IMG/VR virus record: IMGVR_UViG_2894314779_000001
Span: 1 to 45,929 of that record
DNA: 45,929 bases
Direction: 5' to 3' (one strand)
From: a virus
The notes below the pieces were generated by a model, which was not told where the DNA came from, ran no database searches, and saw only the letters and a program-made list of their open reading frames with translations. This document shows positions 7,752 through 14,841 of the stretch, one piece after another; position 1 is the stretch's first letter; the number at the start of each line of letters is the position of its first letter. The translations under genes and the position numbers were made by a program.

Positions 7752-7996
7752 CACGCGGCTCCCGGATAATCAGGTCCGTCCAGATCAATGCGGTTCTCGT
7801 CATCGCCGCCGCAGGGGCAGGAAGAGACGCCGAACCGGCTGCCGCTGATCTTGTGCAGGAACGATCCGCGCCCTTTGCAGGCGGGGCATTCTTTCAACGT
7901 GTCGCGAAGGATCTGCTGGATTTGCTCGACGTCCGCGCTGTGAACCAGACGGCAGCGGAAGGACGGAGCAAGCGGGAACGGGATGACTTCGGCCAT
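7751..7996 (-). CDS. Small zinc-finger protein (81 aa)
   Basis: CPACKGRG ... CPCGG gives a CxxCxGxG-type Cys cluster. Confidence 0.6.
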   Translation of the reverse strand: MAEVIPFPLAPSFRCRLVHSADVEQIQQILRDTLKECPACKGRGSFLHKISGSRFGVSSCPCGGDDENRIDLDGPDYPGAA

Positions 7997-7998
7997 GA

Positions 7999-8166
7999 TC
8001 AGCCTCCGATCTTCGAGAAGTAGCGACGGCGCTTGTTGGCAGCCTCGATGGCTTCCTTCGCCCGCTTCTCAATGGCGGCTTTGCGCTGTTCGGGAGTGAG
8101 CTCGACGCGACGGGCGTTCTTCATGTCGCGGATGGCGCCAGAAAAGCCGATGGTGCGCTGGCGCAT
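7999..8166 (-). CDS. Small basic protein (55 aa)
   Basis: Internal Met MRQRTIGFSGAIRDMKNARRVELTPEQRKAAIEKRAK at 8166 overlaps the upstream stop. Confidence 0.5.
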   Translation of the reverse strand: MRQRTIGFSGAIRDMKNARRVELTPEQRKAAIEKRAKEAIEAANKRRRYFSKIGG

Positions 8167-8570
8167 TATGCAGCCTCCGTCGGTGCCGAGCCTGGATAGC
8201 CATTGATAGGCTGCCAACGGTAGCCCTCTGGCATAGGCGAGCGCGTACCGGGATGCTGCCCACCAGCGGCATGAAGAATATCCCGGCAAATAGGTCCGTA
8301 CTTCGGGGTATCCTCTTGCTTGAGGTTCTCCCATTCAGTGACCTCAGCGACCTTTAACATCGCTGCTACGGCCTTCTCTTCGTCCAAGAACCAGCCGTAA
8401 GCACTGTTGAAATTCAGGCCGCTCGGGATGTGAGTAATGACGTACCCATCGCCGCCGTAAGCTTCATGAACAGCAAGAGCCCCGTAGCGATGGCCCGTCA
8501 CCGTCTGAGGCCCCTTATTCGTCATGATCTGAAAAACATCATCTCTGATAAGGGAAAGCTTCCTCGCCAT
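8166..8570 (-). CDS. First gene of the leftward early operon, hypothetical (134 aa)
   Basis: Start at Met MARKLSLIRDDVF (8570), immediately downstream of the OL-type control region. Confidence 0.65.
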   Translation of the reverse strand: MARKLSLIRDDVFQIMTNKGPQTVTGHRYGALAVHEAYGGDGYVITHIPSGLNFNSAYGWFLDEEKAVAAMLKVAEVTEWENLKQEDTPKYGPICRDILHAAGGQHPGTRSPMPEGYRWQPINGYPGSAPTEAA

Positions 8571-8711
8571 CTCACGCCCCCATCCCAATCGAGAGCATGG
8601 CAATGCTCACGGCAAAGATCCCGAGGCAGCAGAGTTCAACGAGGTTGGTGAGGAAGGTGCGGAGGAGGGGCATGTGGGCCATCCATGTGGAAGTGGATGG
8701 ACAAAGTCTGC

Positions 8712-8768
8712 ACGGAAAAATCCGTATGTCAACCTCAAAACGGAAATTTCCTTCCGTTGCATACGGAA
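8712..8768. promoter_or_regulatory. OL-type operator cluster with leftward promoter elements
   Basis: ACGGAAAAATCCGT (8712-8725), ACGGAAATTTCC+TTCCGT (8740-8757) and an ACGGAA half-site (8763-8768). A minus-strand TTGACA (8727-8732) abuts the first dyad. The same motif recurs at 10635-10670. Confidence 0.6.
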
Positions 8769-8885
8769 GAAATGTTTTTGTTTTGTTCCCCGCAATCCAC
8801 AGAGTAGAATAACTCTCAAGTGCCAATCACGACACTTTTCTTAGGCTAAGATCTTAATGACACAGCAAGGCTTGCCGGTTATGCC

Positions 8886-9812
8886 ATGGCCACGATGACC
8901 CAAGCTTACTTTAGTCTGACTTATGACGGGCCAGCTGTCCGTGACGGCGAGATCGACGTCACCGATCTAGCTCCTGCTCTGTTGGCCCTCGGTCAAGCTG
9001 TGAAGGCAACGGGCAAGATCGTGCTTGGTCCTGACGCGGACGTGAGCCTTAAAGTTCGTACGACGAAGACAGGATCATTTGAGGTCCTGATGAGCGCCGT
9101 AACGAACGGTGACGTTGGTCTTGCATGGACCATAATAAAGCAGTTCTACCAAACAGACGACGTACAGACCGCAAAGGCCGTCGTAGAAACTCTCTTGATG
9201 GGAGGAACAGTTGCGGGCGCAGCAACTGCAGGCGTCGTTAAGTTTCTCAAGTGGCGCAAAGGTCGCCCAATAGAAAAGCAGGAAGCGCTACCGAACGGGG
9301 CGGCGAGAGTTACAATTGAGAATGTTGAAATAATTGTTGGCCCTGGTGTTCTTGAAGCTGCGCGCGATCCAATCGTTCGCTCAGGGATCGAAAAGGCTAT
9401 CGCGACCCCTCTCGAGAAGGACGGCATCGATATTGTTAAGTTCTCCAGCGAGGCAAGTGAGCAAGTAGTAGTTGATAAGTCGGAGCGCGTTCATTTCTTG
9501 AGCGCGGAAGCTTCTGAGTCTGAATTCACCTCTATTTACAACAAGGTGTTTTCGATAGTTACGTTGTCGTTTAAAGCGGGCAACAAATGGAAGCTTCATG
9601 ACGGGCAAGGTGCTCGAAACGTCACAATTTTGGACGAGGACTTCTTAGATCGTATCGACACGGGAGTTGCTCGCTTCGCAAAGGGAGATCTCTTGGTATG
9701 CCAAGTGAGAGAGACTGCCGTTCGCACAGACGGAGGCTTCAAATCTCAGTACGAGATCCTGAAGGTCATAGAGCACCGACCTTATAGGCCCCCAGAAACG
9801 CTCAGGCTGTGA
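8886..9812 (+). CDS. Orphan 308-aa protein of unknown function, AT-rich, converging on the repressor gene
   Basis: Long ORF with clear A/T-ending codon bias, unlike its neighbours. I recognise no family. Central hydrophobic stretch LLMGGTVAGAATAGVVKFL. Confidence 0.8.
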   Translation: MATMTQAYFSLTYDGPAVRDGEIDVTDLAPALLALGQAVKATGKIVLGPDADVSLKVRTTKTGSFEVLMSAVTNGDVGLAWTIIKQFYQTDDVQTAKAVVETLLMGGTVAGAATAGVVKFLKWRKGRPIEKQEALPNGAARVTIENVEIIVGPGVLEAARDPIVRSGIEKAIATPLEKDGIDIVKFSSEASEQVVVDKSERVHFLSAEASESEFTSIYNKVFSIVTLSFKAGNKWKLHDGQGARNVTILDEDFLDRIDTGVARFAKGDLLVCQVRETAVRTDGGFKSQYEILKVIEHRPYRPPETLRL

Positions 9813-9820
9813 GAAGGTAA

Positions 9821-10597
9821 CTAAAGCCTCGTTACTTTGCAGACGACGCGGCCGATTACCTGCAGATCCTCGGCAAGAATTTCATCGGTTCCATGTGCCG
9901 GGTTGTCCGACTTAATTCGTATCTTGACCGGATTGCTGCCCTTCACGACCTCTAGCCGCTTCACCGCTATTCCGATGCCATCGAAGATGGCGAACAGGCC
10001 GTCAGGAGAGGGTGCCGTCTGAGCACGGTTGATCATGACTCGATCCCCCGGCAGCAAAGTCGGTATCATCGAATCACCGTCGACTGGGATGAAGTCGACT
10101 TCTGCCTCTCGGGCTCGCAGCTCGGTGTGCAAATAGTCGACCGGCAGCCGCCACACCGCCCGCACTCCATCCAGAACCTTCCCATCGACCATCACGCCAG
10201 GCGCGAGGCCGCCCTCGCCAAGCCCCGCTACAACATTCCGTTCCGGCACCTCTCCCGGCTTCAAGTCTCCCCGCTGGATGCGGATTTCCACCGCATGGGC
10301 CGTGCGATCCTCGATGAACTCCGGATCCGGCTCGAACTCCTCGCCAACCGGAACCCTGCGGATAGTGTCCTCTTCCCCAATTTCAAACTTGAACAGCGAT
10401 CCCGGCTTCAAAGCGAACTCCTCCTCGAGCGCCGTCACCTCGGCAGCTCCTAGGGATTTTTTACGCCCCTTAAGGAAGTCGCGAAGGTAGTCCGGCCCGC
10501 GGCCAATCTTCCTCGCCAAATTGGTCGGATCGATCCCCCTTGAGTCAATCAGGGCGGAAAGGTTGGCTCGGAGTCGTTCAGGGCTGTGTGGTCGCAT
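9821..10597 (-). CDS. CI-type prophage repressor (XRE-like HTH plus S24/LexA-type autopeptidase domain)
   Basis: N-terminal LSALIDSRGIDPTNLARKIGRGPDYLRDFLKGRKK (HTH). C-terminal VDGDSMIPTLLPGDRVMIN ... GIAVKRL (Ser/Lys dyad). Start chosen at MRPHSPERL so that the operators stay intergenic. Confidence 0.85.
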   Translation of the reverse strand: MRPHSPERLRANLSALIDSRGIDPTNLARKIGRGPDYLRDFLKGRKKSLGAAEVTALEEEFALKPGSLFKFEIGEEDTIRRVPVGEEFEPDPEFIEDRTAHAVEIRIQRGDLKPGEVPERNVVAGLGEGGLAPGVMVDGKVLDGVRAVWRLPVDYLHTELRAREAEVDFIPVDGDSMIPTLLPGDRVMINRAQTAPSPDGLFAIFDGIGIAVKRLEVVKGSNPVKIRIKSDNPAHGTDEILAEDLQVIGRVVCKVTRL

Positions 10598-10610
10598 AGG
10601 CGGAATTATC

Positions 10611-10677
10611 CGCTTTTCCGAAAAGCGTGGCGATACGGAAATTTCCCGTTGCATGTACGGAATTTTCCGTTCATATT
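10611..10677. promoter_or_regulatory. OR-type control region: operators plus a rightward promoter
   Basis: 17-bp palindrome CGCTTTTC-C-GAAAAGCG (10611-10627). Dyads ACGGAAATTTCCCGT (10635-10649) and ACGGAATTTTCCGT (10657-10670). TTGCAT (10649-10654), 17-nt spacer, CATATT (10672-10677), 6 nt before the ATG at 10684. Confidence 0.6.
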
Positions 10678-10683
10678 GTCCGC

Positions 10684-10938
10684 ATGGAAGAGACACTTCG
10701 CGCCCACCTTTTTGAATGCGCCGCCTTGTTCGAGGAGGCCACGGGGGTCACGCCCGCAACCCTCGGAAAGCGCGCGCTCAACGACAACACGTTCTTTGCC
10801 CGGATCTCAGAAGGGCAGGGATTTACGGTCAGAACTTTTGACCGCGTGATGGAATGGCTCTCTGCCAACTGGCCGGAAGGCGCTGAATGGCCCTCTGATG
10901 TTCCGCGTCCGGCGCCCTCCCAGAGCGAGGCCGCCTGA
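10684..10938 (+). CDS. Cro-position small regulator (84 aa)
   Basis: Divergent from the repressor. Contains GVTPATLGKRALNDNTFFARISEGQGFTVRTF, which is HTH-like. Start at MEETLRAHL; the longer track ORF would run through the operators. Confidence 0.7.
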   Translation: MEETLRAHLFECAALFEEATGVTPATLGKRALNDNTFFARISEGQGFTVRTFDRVMEWLSANWPEGAEWPSDVPRPAPSQSEAA

Positions 10939-11213
10939 TGCCCCCTTTCCCCGTCGTTCCCTCCATCAGCGTGTCCTCCCTGGCTGATGGCACCTGCACG
11001 GGCCGGCCTGCCCATCTGGCTTCGTCGGTTCGTGCCCTTCTTTTCCCTTCCATCGGCACCGCCTCCGGAACTGCCGATGTGAGGAGCGCGGGCGGCACAC
11101 TCCCTTGCCCCGCTGCCGCCCGCGCTTTTGTTTCAGCCCCCGCTTCCACGGCTGCTGTTGTCGCATCCCGCCTGTCCACCGTCACTGCAAATATTCCTGA
11201 GAACGTGGCATGA
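10938..11213 (+). CDS. Questionable ORF (91 aa, Pro/Ser/Ala-rich); may instead be a non-coding C-rich spacer
   Basis: Start and stop overlap the neighbouring genes (TGATG and ATGA), but the product is low-complexity and the DNA is strongly C>G skewed. Confidence 0.3.
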   Translation: MPPFPVVPSISVSSLADGTCTGRPAHLASSVRALLFPSIGTASGTADVRSAGGTLPCPAAARAFVSAPASTAAVVASRLSTVTANIPENVA

Positions 11214-11713
11214 ACTCTCGCTATCTCGCCCGCATCGACTACGACCGCCTGAAGAAGGCGCAAGACGAGCTCATCAAGCACCCGGACGTTGGGGGGCCGA
11301 AGGCGGCAGCCGAGATCACCCGCGTGGATCCGGCCCGTCTCTCCCGCTACGGCAGCCCGCACGAGACCACCAACGCTCCGGTGGATGTGATCGCGGATCT
11401 GGAGGCGAAGGCGAACGCTCCCATCGTCACCCGCATCCTTGCGGATCTTCACGACTGCGATCTTGTCCCGCGTGACCGCTCCCTCAAGCAGGAGGCGGAC
11501 TACGACGAGCATGCCACCGACCTGACCCGCGCCGCCTGCGCCCTGATGGTTAAGCTCCAGGAAGCCCGCAGGGACGGCATCGATGCCGTGGAGCTGGTTC
11601 AGCTCGAGGCTCTCGCCGCGCAGCTGCAGATCGAGATCGCGGAGTTTCGACGTGACGCAAAGCGCGACCTGAATGCTCCGGTACCGATGCGCAAGACGGG
11701 CGGTGCGGCATGA
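11210..11713 (+). CDS. CII (CP76)-like regulatory protein, tentative
   Basis: LSRYGSPHETTNAPVDVIADLEAKANAPIVTRILADLHDCDLV resembles the CP76-type CII layout. It occupies the position after cro. Confidence 0.45.
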   Translation: MNSRYLARIDYDRLKKAQDELIKHPDVGGPKAAAEITRVDPARLSRYGSPHETTNAPVDVIADLEAKANAPIVTRILADLHDCDLVPRDRSLKQEADYDEHATDLTRAACALMVKLQEARRDGIDAVELVQLEALAAQLQIEIAEFRRDAKRDLNAPVPMRKTGGAA

Positions 11714-11994
11714 GCGACGGCGCCAACACCGAACCAGTCACATCCTTCATGGATCGGATCCTCAACCTGAAAGCGGAAGAGGACCAGATCAAGGAGGACA
11801 TCAAGAGCATCTATGCCGAGGCCAAGGCTATGGGCTTCGACAAGACGGCTTTGGGTGACGCCATCGCCCGCATCCGCAAGCTGCAGAAGGACCCGGAGAA
11901 GCTCTCCGAGCGTGAGGCCATCCGCGACCTGTATCTGCAGGCTTACGAGGAAGCCTCGCATGCGCATGCGCCCGCGCGTACGCGTGAGGGCTGA
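11710..11994 (+). CDS. GapR-like nucleoid-associated protein (DUF2312/UPF0335 family)
   Basis: SFMDRILNLKAEEDQIKEDIKSIYAEAKAMGFDKTALGDAIARIRKLQKD...REAIRDLYLQA matches the GapR/DUF2312 consensus along its length. Confidence 0.85.
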   Translation: MSDGANTEPVTSFMDRILNLKAEEDQIKEDIKSIYAEAKAMGFDKTALGDAIARIRKLQKDPEKLSEREAIRDLYLQAYEEASHAHAPARTREG

Positions 11995-11996
11995 GC

Positions 11997-12341
11997 ATGA
12001 AGTTCTCCACTCGCGCTCTTGGTCGCCTCAAGACCGGTCAGATGAACAAGACCGAGGAGGCCTATGCTGCGCACCTTGAGCTCCGCCGCATCGCGGGTGA
12101 GGTCGCCTGGTACAAGTTCGAAGCTTTCAAGCTCCGGCTGGCTGACAATACCTTCCTGACCGTCGATTTCGCCGTGATGCTCACGGACGGCACCCTCGAA
12201 ATGCACGAGGTCAAGGGCTTCTGGACCGACGACGCCCGCGTGAAGATCAAGGTCGCCGCTGATCTCTATCCCTTCCGGTTCATCGCAGCCCAAGTGCTTC
12301 CGAAGAAAGAGGGCGGCGGGTGGAAGGTAGAGGAGTTCTGA
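11997..12341 (+). CDS. DUF1064-type PD-(D/E)XK nuclease-like protein
   Basis: EEAYAAHLELRRIAGEV...FKLRL...TVDFAVMLTDGTLEMHEVKG gives a D...E-x-K motif and the DUF1064 layout. Confidence 0.7.
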   Translation: MKFSTRALGRLKTGQMNKTEEAYAAHLELRRIAGEVAWYKFEAFKLRLADNTFLTVDFAVMLTDGTLEMHEVKGFWTDDARVKIKVAADLYPFRFIAAQVLPKKEGGGWKVEEF

Positions 12342-12910
12342 TGACTTGGCCCTTCGGTGACCTGCGCCCTTTCTCATATGACCTGATCATGGCTGACCCG
12401 CCGTGGCGCTTCGACACGTGGAGCCTCGCCGGCAAGAAGCACAAAAGCCCCGAGTCGCATTATTCGACGATGACGCTTGACGAGATCAAGGCGCTCCCCG
12501 TCGGCCATCTCGCGAGCCGTGACTGCGTGCTTTGGCTCTGGGCAACCCATCCGATGCTCCCACAGCAGTTGGAAGTCATCGCCGCCTGGGGATTACGGTT
12601 CGTCACATCCGGCGTCTGGGTGAAGCGCACCGTCAATGGCGGGCTAGCCTTTGGCACCGGTTACCGCCTCCGGTGCGCGTCTGAGCCCTTCCTGCTTGCC
12701 ACCAATGGCGATCCTGAGACCGCCAGAAACGTGCGTACGGTGATCGAAGGCCCCCTTCGTGAGCACTCCCGCAAGCCTGACGAGGCTTTCGCCGCCGCCG
12801 AGGCGCTGATGCCGACCGCACGGCGCTTGGAACTATTTAGCCGTCAAAAGCGGTCTGGATGGGACACCTGGGGCGATGAGGCCTCCAAGTTCGACGAGGC
12901 AGCAGCATGA
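12341..12910 (+). CDS. MT-A70 family DNA N6-adenine methyltransferase
   Basis: DLIMADPPWRF (DPPW catalytic motif) and LWLWATHPML ... EHSRKPDE. Start at MTWPFGDL, overlapping the previous stop. Confidence 0.9.
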   Translation: MTWPFGDLRPFSYDLIMADPPWRFDTWSLAGKKHKSPESHYSTMTLDEIKALPVGHLASRDCVLWLWATHPMLPQQLEVIAAWGLRFVTSGVWVKRTVNGGLAFGTGYRLRCASEPFLLATNGDPETARNVRTVIEGPLREHSRKPDEAFAAAEALMPTARRLELFSRQKRSGWDTWGDEASKFDEAAA

Positions 12911-13197
12911 GGCGCTTTCCATATCCCACAGAGGCTTTGTCCGGTTTCGAAGCCATGGAAGCCGACGCCATGCTCCTTGAGCGCATCGCGGAAGAGTCAG
13001 AGCAGTCGTTGAGTGCGCTGAAACAATTGGGTGCCAAGCCTGAGATTATGACAGCCTTAGAAAACAGGGCCAAGCGCCTGCGCCGGATTGCTGCCTGCCT
13101 CGGCTACATGGCCGGTCGCTTGGATCGCCTTCACCTCCTGAACGAACCCGTCCGCCGTGAGAGCAACTACGGCGGCAGCCAACGGAGCGCGGCATGA
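12907..13197 (+). CDS. Hypothetical protein (96 aa)
   Basis: Track ORF, ATGA-coupled on both sides. Confidence 0.6.
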   Translation: MRRFPYPTEALSGFEAMEADAMLLERIAEESEQSLSALKQLGAKPEIMTALENRAKRLRRIAACLGYMAGRLDRLHLLNEPVRRESNYGGSQRSAA

Positions 13198-13424
13198 CCG
13201 AGCGCGTCATTGACCTCGAAGCCCTGCGAGAGCGGCGGATTGAGGAGACCTGGGCTCAATACTGTGCCGCCCGCATGCAGGCGGAAGCCACTCTCTCTGT
13301 CGAGGATGGGATTGCGGCTGGCAAGGCATGGCGCCGGTGGCTCGATCTTTTCATGAGCGGAGATCAACGCGAGTCGCTGGACCGGGCAGGGGAGGTCAAG
13401 AGCCTCCAGAGGCGAGCAGGCTGA
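13194..13424 (+). CDS. Hypothetical protein (76 aa)
   Basis: Track ORF, coupled to its neighbours. Confidence 0.55.
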   Translation: MTERVIDLEALRERRIEETWAQYCAARMQAEATLSVEDGIAAGKAWRRWLDLFMSGDQRESLDRAGEVKSLQRRAG

Positions 13425-13426
13425 CC

Positions 13427-14839
13427 ATGCGCCCAGAGACTGTCGATTACATCGAACAGCCACACGCCCTCTCTGCCGAGCAAGGTCTTCTCGGGGCCAT
13501 TCTCCACAACACCGACGTGATCGACCGCGTGCGCGGTATCGTCGAGGCCGATGACTTTCACGAGCAGGTAAACGCCACGATCTTCCGCACAATGTGCGAG
13601 CGCCGGGATGCTGGCGAGAACATCGACGGGCGGCTCGTTCGCATTGCTATTGGGGATCAGGACCTCGGGGGGATCACGGTCGGAGAATACCTGGCGCGGC
13701 TCTATGCCCACGCGACGACGGTCTCGAATGCTCCGGACTATGCTAGGGCTATTCGCCATGCTGCCATGATGCGCAAGCTTCTGGCAGCCTGCCGTGACGG
13801 CGTGGCGGCCATGACCTCTGGCGCCGTGCAGGATCCCTCCCGCTATGCCGCGCAGATGATCGAGGAACTCGATCTGGTTGCCACCTCCGGCACCCACGAA
13901 AGCCTGAAGCGTGTCACCCTCGGATCGGCCTCCCAGCAGGCCATTGATGCTGCCGTGGCGGCCCGGGAAGGCCGTCTTGAACGGGGGGCGCCTTATGGCA
14001 TTCCAAGCCTTGACCGAATGACCCTTGGCATGCGCCCGGGCCAAATGATCGTACTCGCCGGCCGCCCTGGGATGGGCAAGACGACAGTTGGTGTTGCCTT
14101 GGCTCTCAATGCCGCCAAGGCGGGGCATGGCGTCTACTTCGTGTCGCTCGAGATGGTCGCGCAAGAGCTCGGTGAGCGGGCTCTTGCCGCCGCAGCCTTC
14201 TCGCCGCGGGATAAGAACCCGATCAGCTACCGTGAGATTGCCAAGGGCAAGGACCTGAGTGACGAAGATATCTGGGCTCTCCAGGAGACCCAGAAGCGCC
14301 TCAGCAAGCTCCCGCTGGTCATCGAGCAGCAGCCGGGGCTCACCATCTCACAAATCGCGGCCCGCGCCCGGCAGGCCCGCGCGTCTATGGAGCGCAAGGG
14401 CATTCCCCTGTCCGTCGTTGTGATTGACCACCTCGGTCTGATCAAAGCCACAGGACGCTATTCCGGCAACCGTGTGCAGGAGCTGACGGAGATCACTGGA
14501 GCCATCAAGGTCCTCGCTAAGGAACTCAACGCTGCCGTCCTGGTCCTGTCGCAGCTCTCTCGTGAAACGGAGAAGCGCGAGGACAAACGCCCGGTTCTGT
14601 CCGACCTCCGTGATTCCGGCTCGACTGAGCAGGATGCCGATATGGTCATGGGGCTCTACCGAGAAGCCTACTATCTCGAGCACAAGGCCAACCCGACCCC
14701 TGAAGACCTCGCCAAGCTGGAAGCCAGCCGGGATGTGATCGAGATCGAGATCCTCAAGCAGCGTCAAGGCCCGACCGGCCGCGCTCGCCTCTTCTGCGCC
14801 ATCAACTGCAACGCCGTCTCCGAGCTCAGCGAGTATTGA
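13427..14839 (+). CDS. dnaB: Replicative DNA helicase, DnaB family
   Basis: N-terminal SAEQGLLGAILHN, Walker A LAGRPGMGKT, VVIDHLGLI and SQLSRETEKREDKRPVLSDLRDSGSTEQDAD. Start at MRPETVDY. Confidence 0.95.
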   Translation: MRPETVDYIEQPHALSAEQGLLGAILHNTDVIDRVRGIVEADDFHEQVNATIFRTMCERRDAGENIDGRLVRIAIGDQDLGGITVGEYLARLYAHATTVSNAPDYARAIRHAAMMRKLLAACRDGVAAMTSGAVQDPSRYAAQMIEELDLVATSGTHESLKRVTLGSASQQAIDAAVAAREGRLERGAPYGIPSLDRMTLGMRPGQMIVLAGRPGMGKTTVGVALALNAAKAGHGVYFVSLEMVAQELGERALAAAAFSPRDKNPISYREIAKGKDLSDEDIWALQETQKRLSKLPLVIEQQPGLTISQIAARARQARASMERKGIPLSVVVIDHLGLIKATGRYSGNRVQELTEITGAIKVLAKELNAAVLVLSQLSRETEKREDKRPVLSDLRDSGSTEQDADMVMGLYREAYYLEHKANPTPEDLAKLEASRDVIEIEILKQRQGPTGRARLFCAINCNAVSELSEY

Positions 14840-14841
14840 TC

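Noticed and set aside
8572-8826. Small ORFs on both strands (8572-8826 minus; 8597-8812 and 8430-8651 plus) in the OL region
   Set aside because: They run straight through the operator and promoter cluster, have no RBS, and give implausible products. I interpret the region as regulatory.
10829-11512. 227-aa minus-strand ORF across the cro-cII interval
   Set aside because: The translation is repetitive and Arg/Ala/Gly-rich. It is antisense to the CII-like gene and runs into the Cro-like gene, with no supporting signals.
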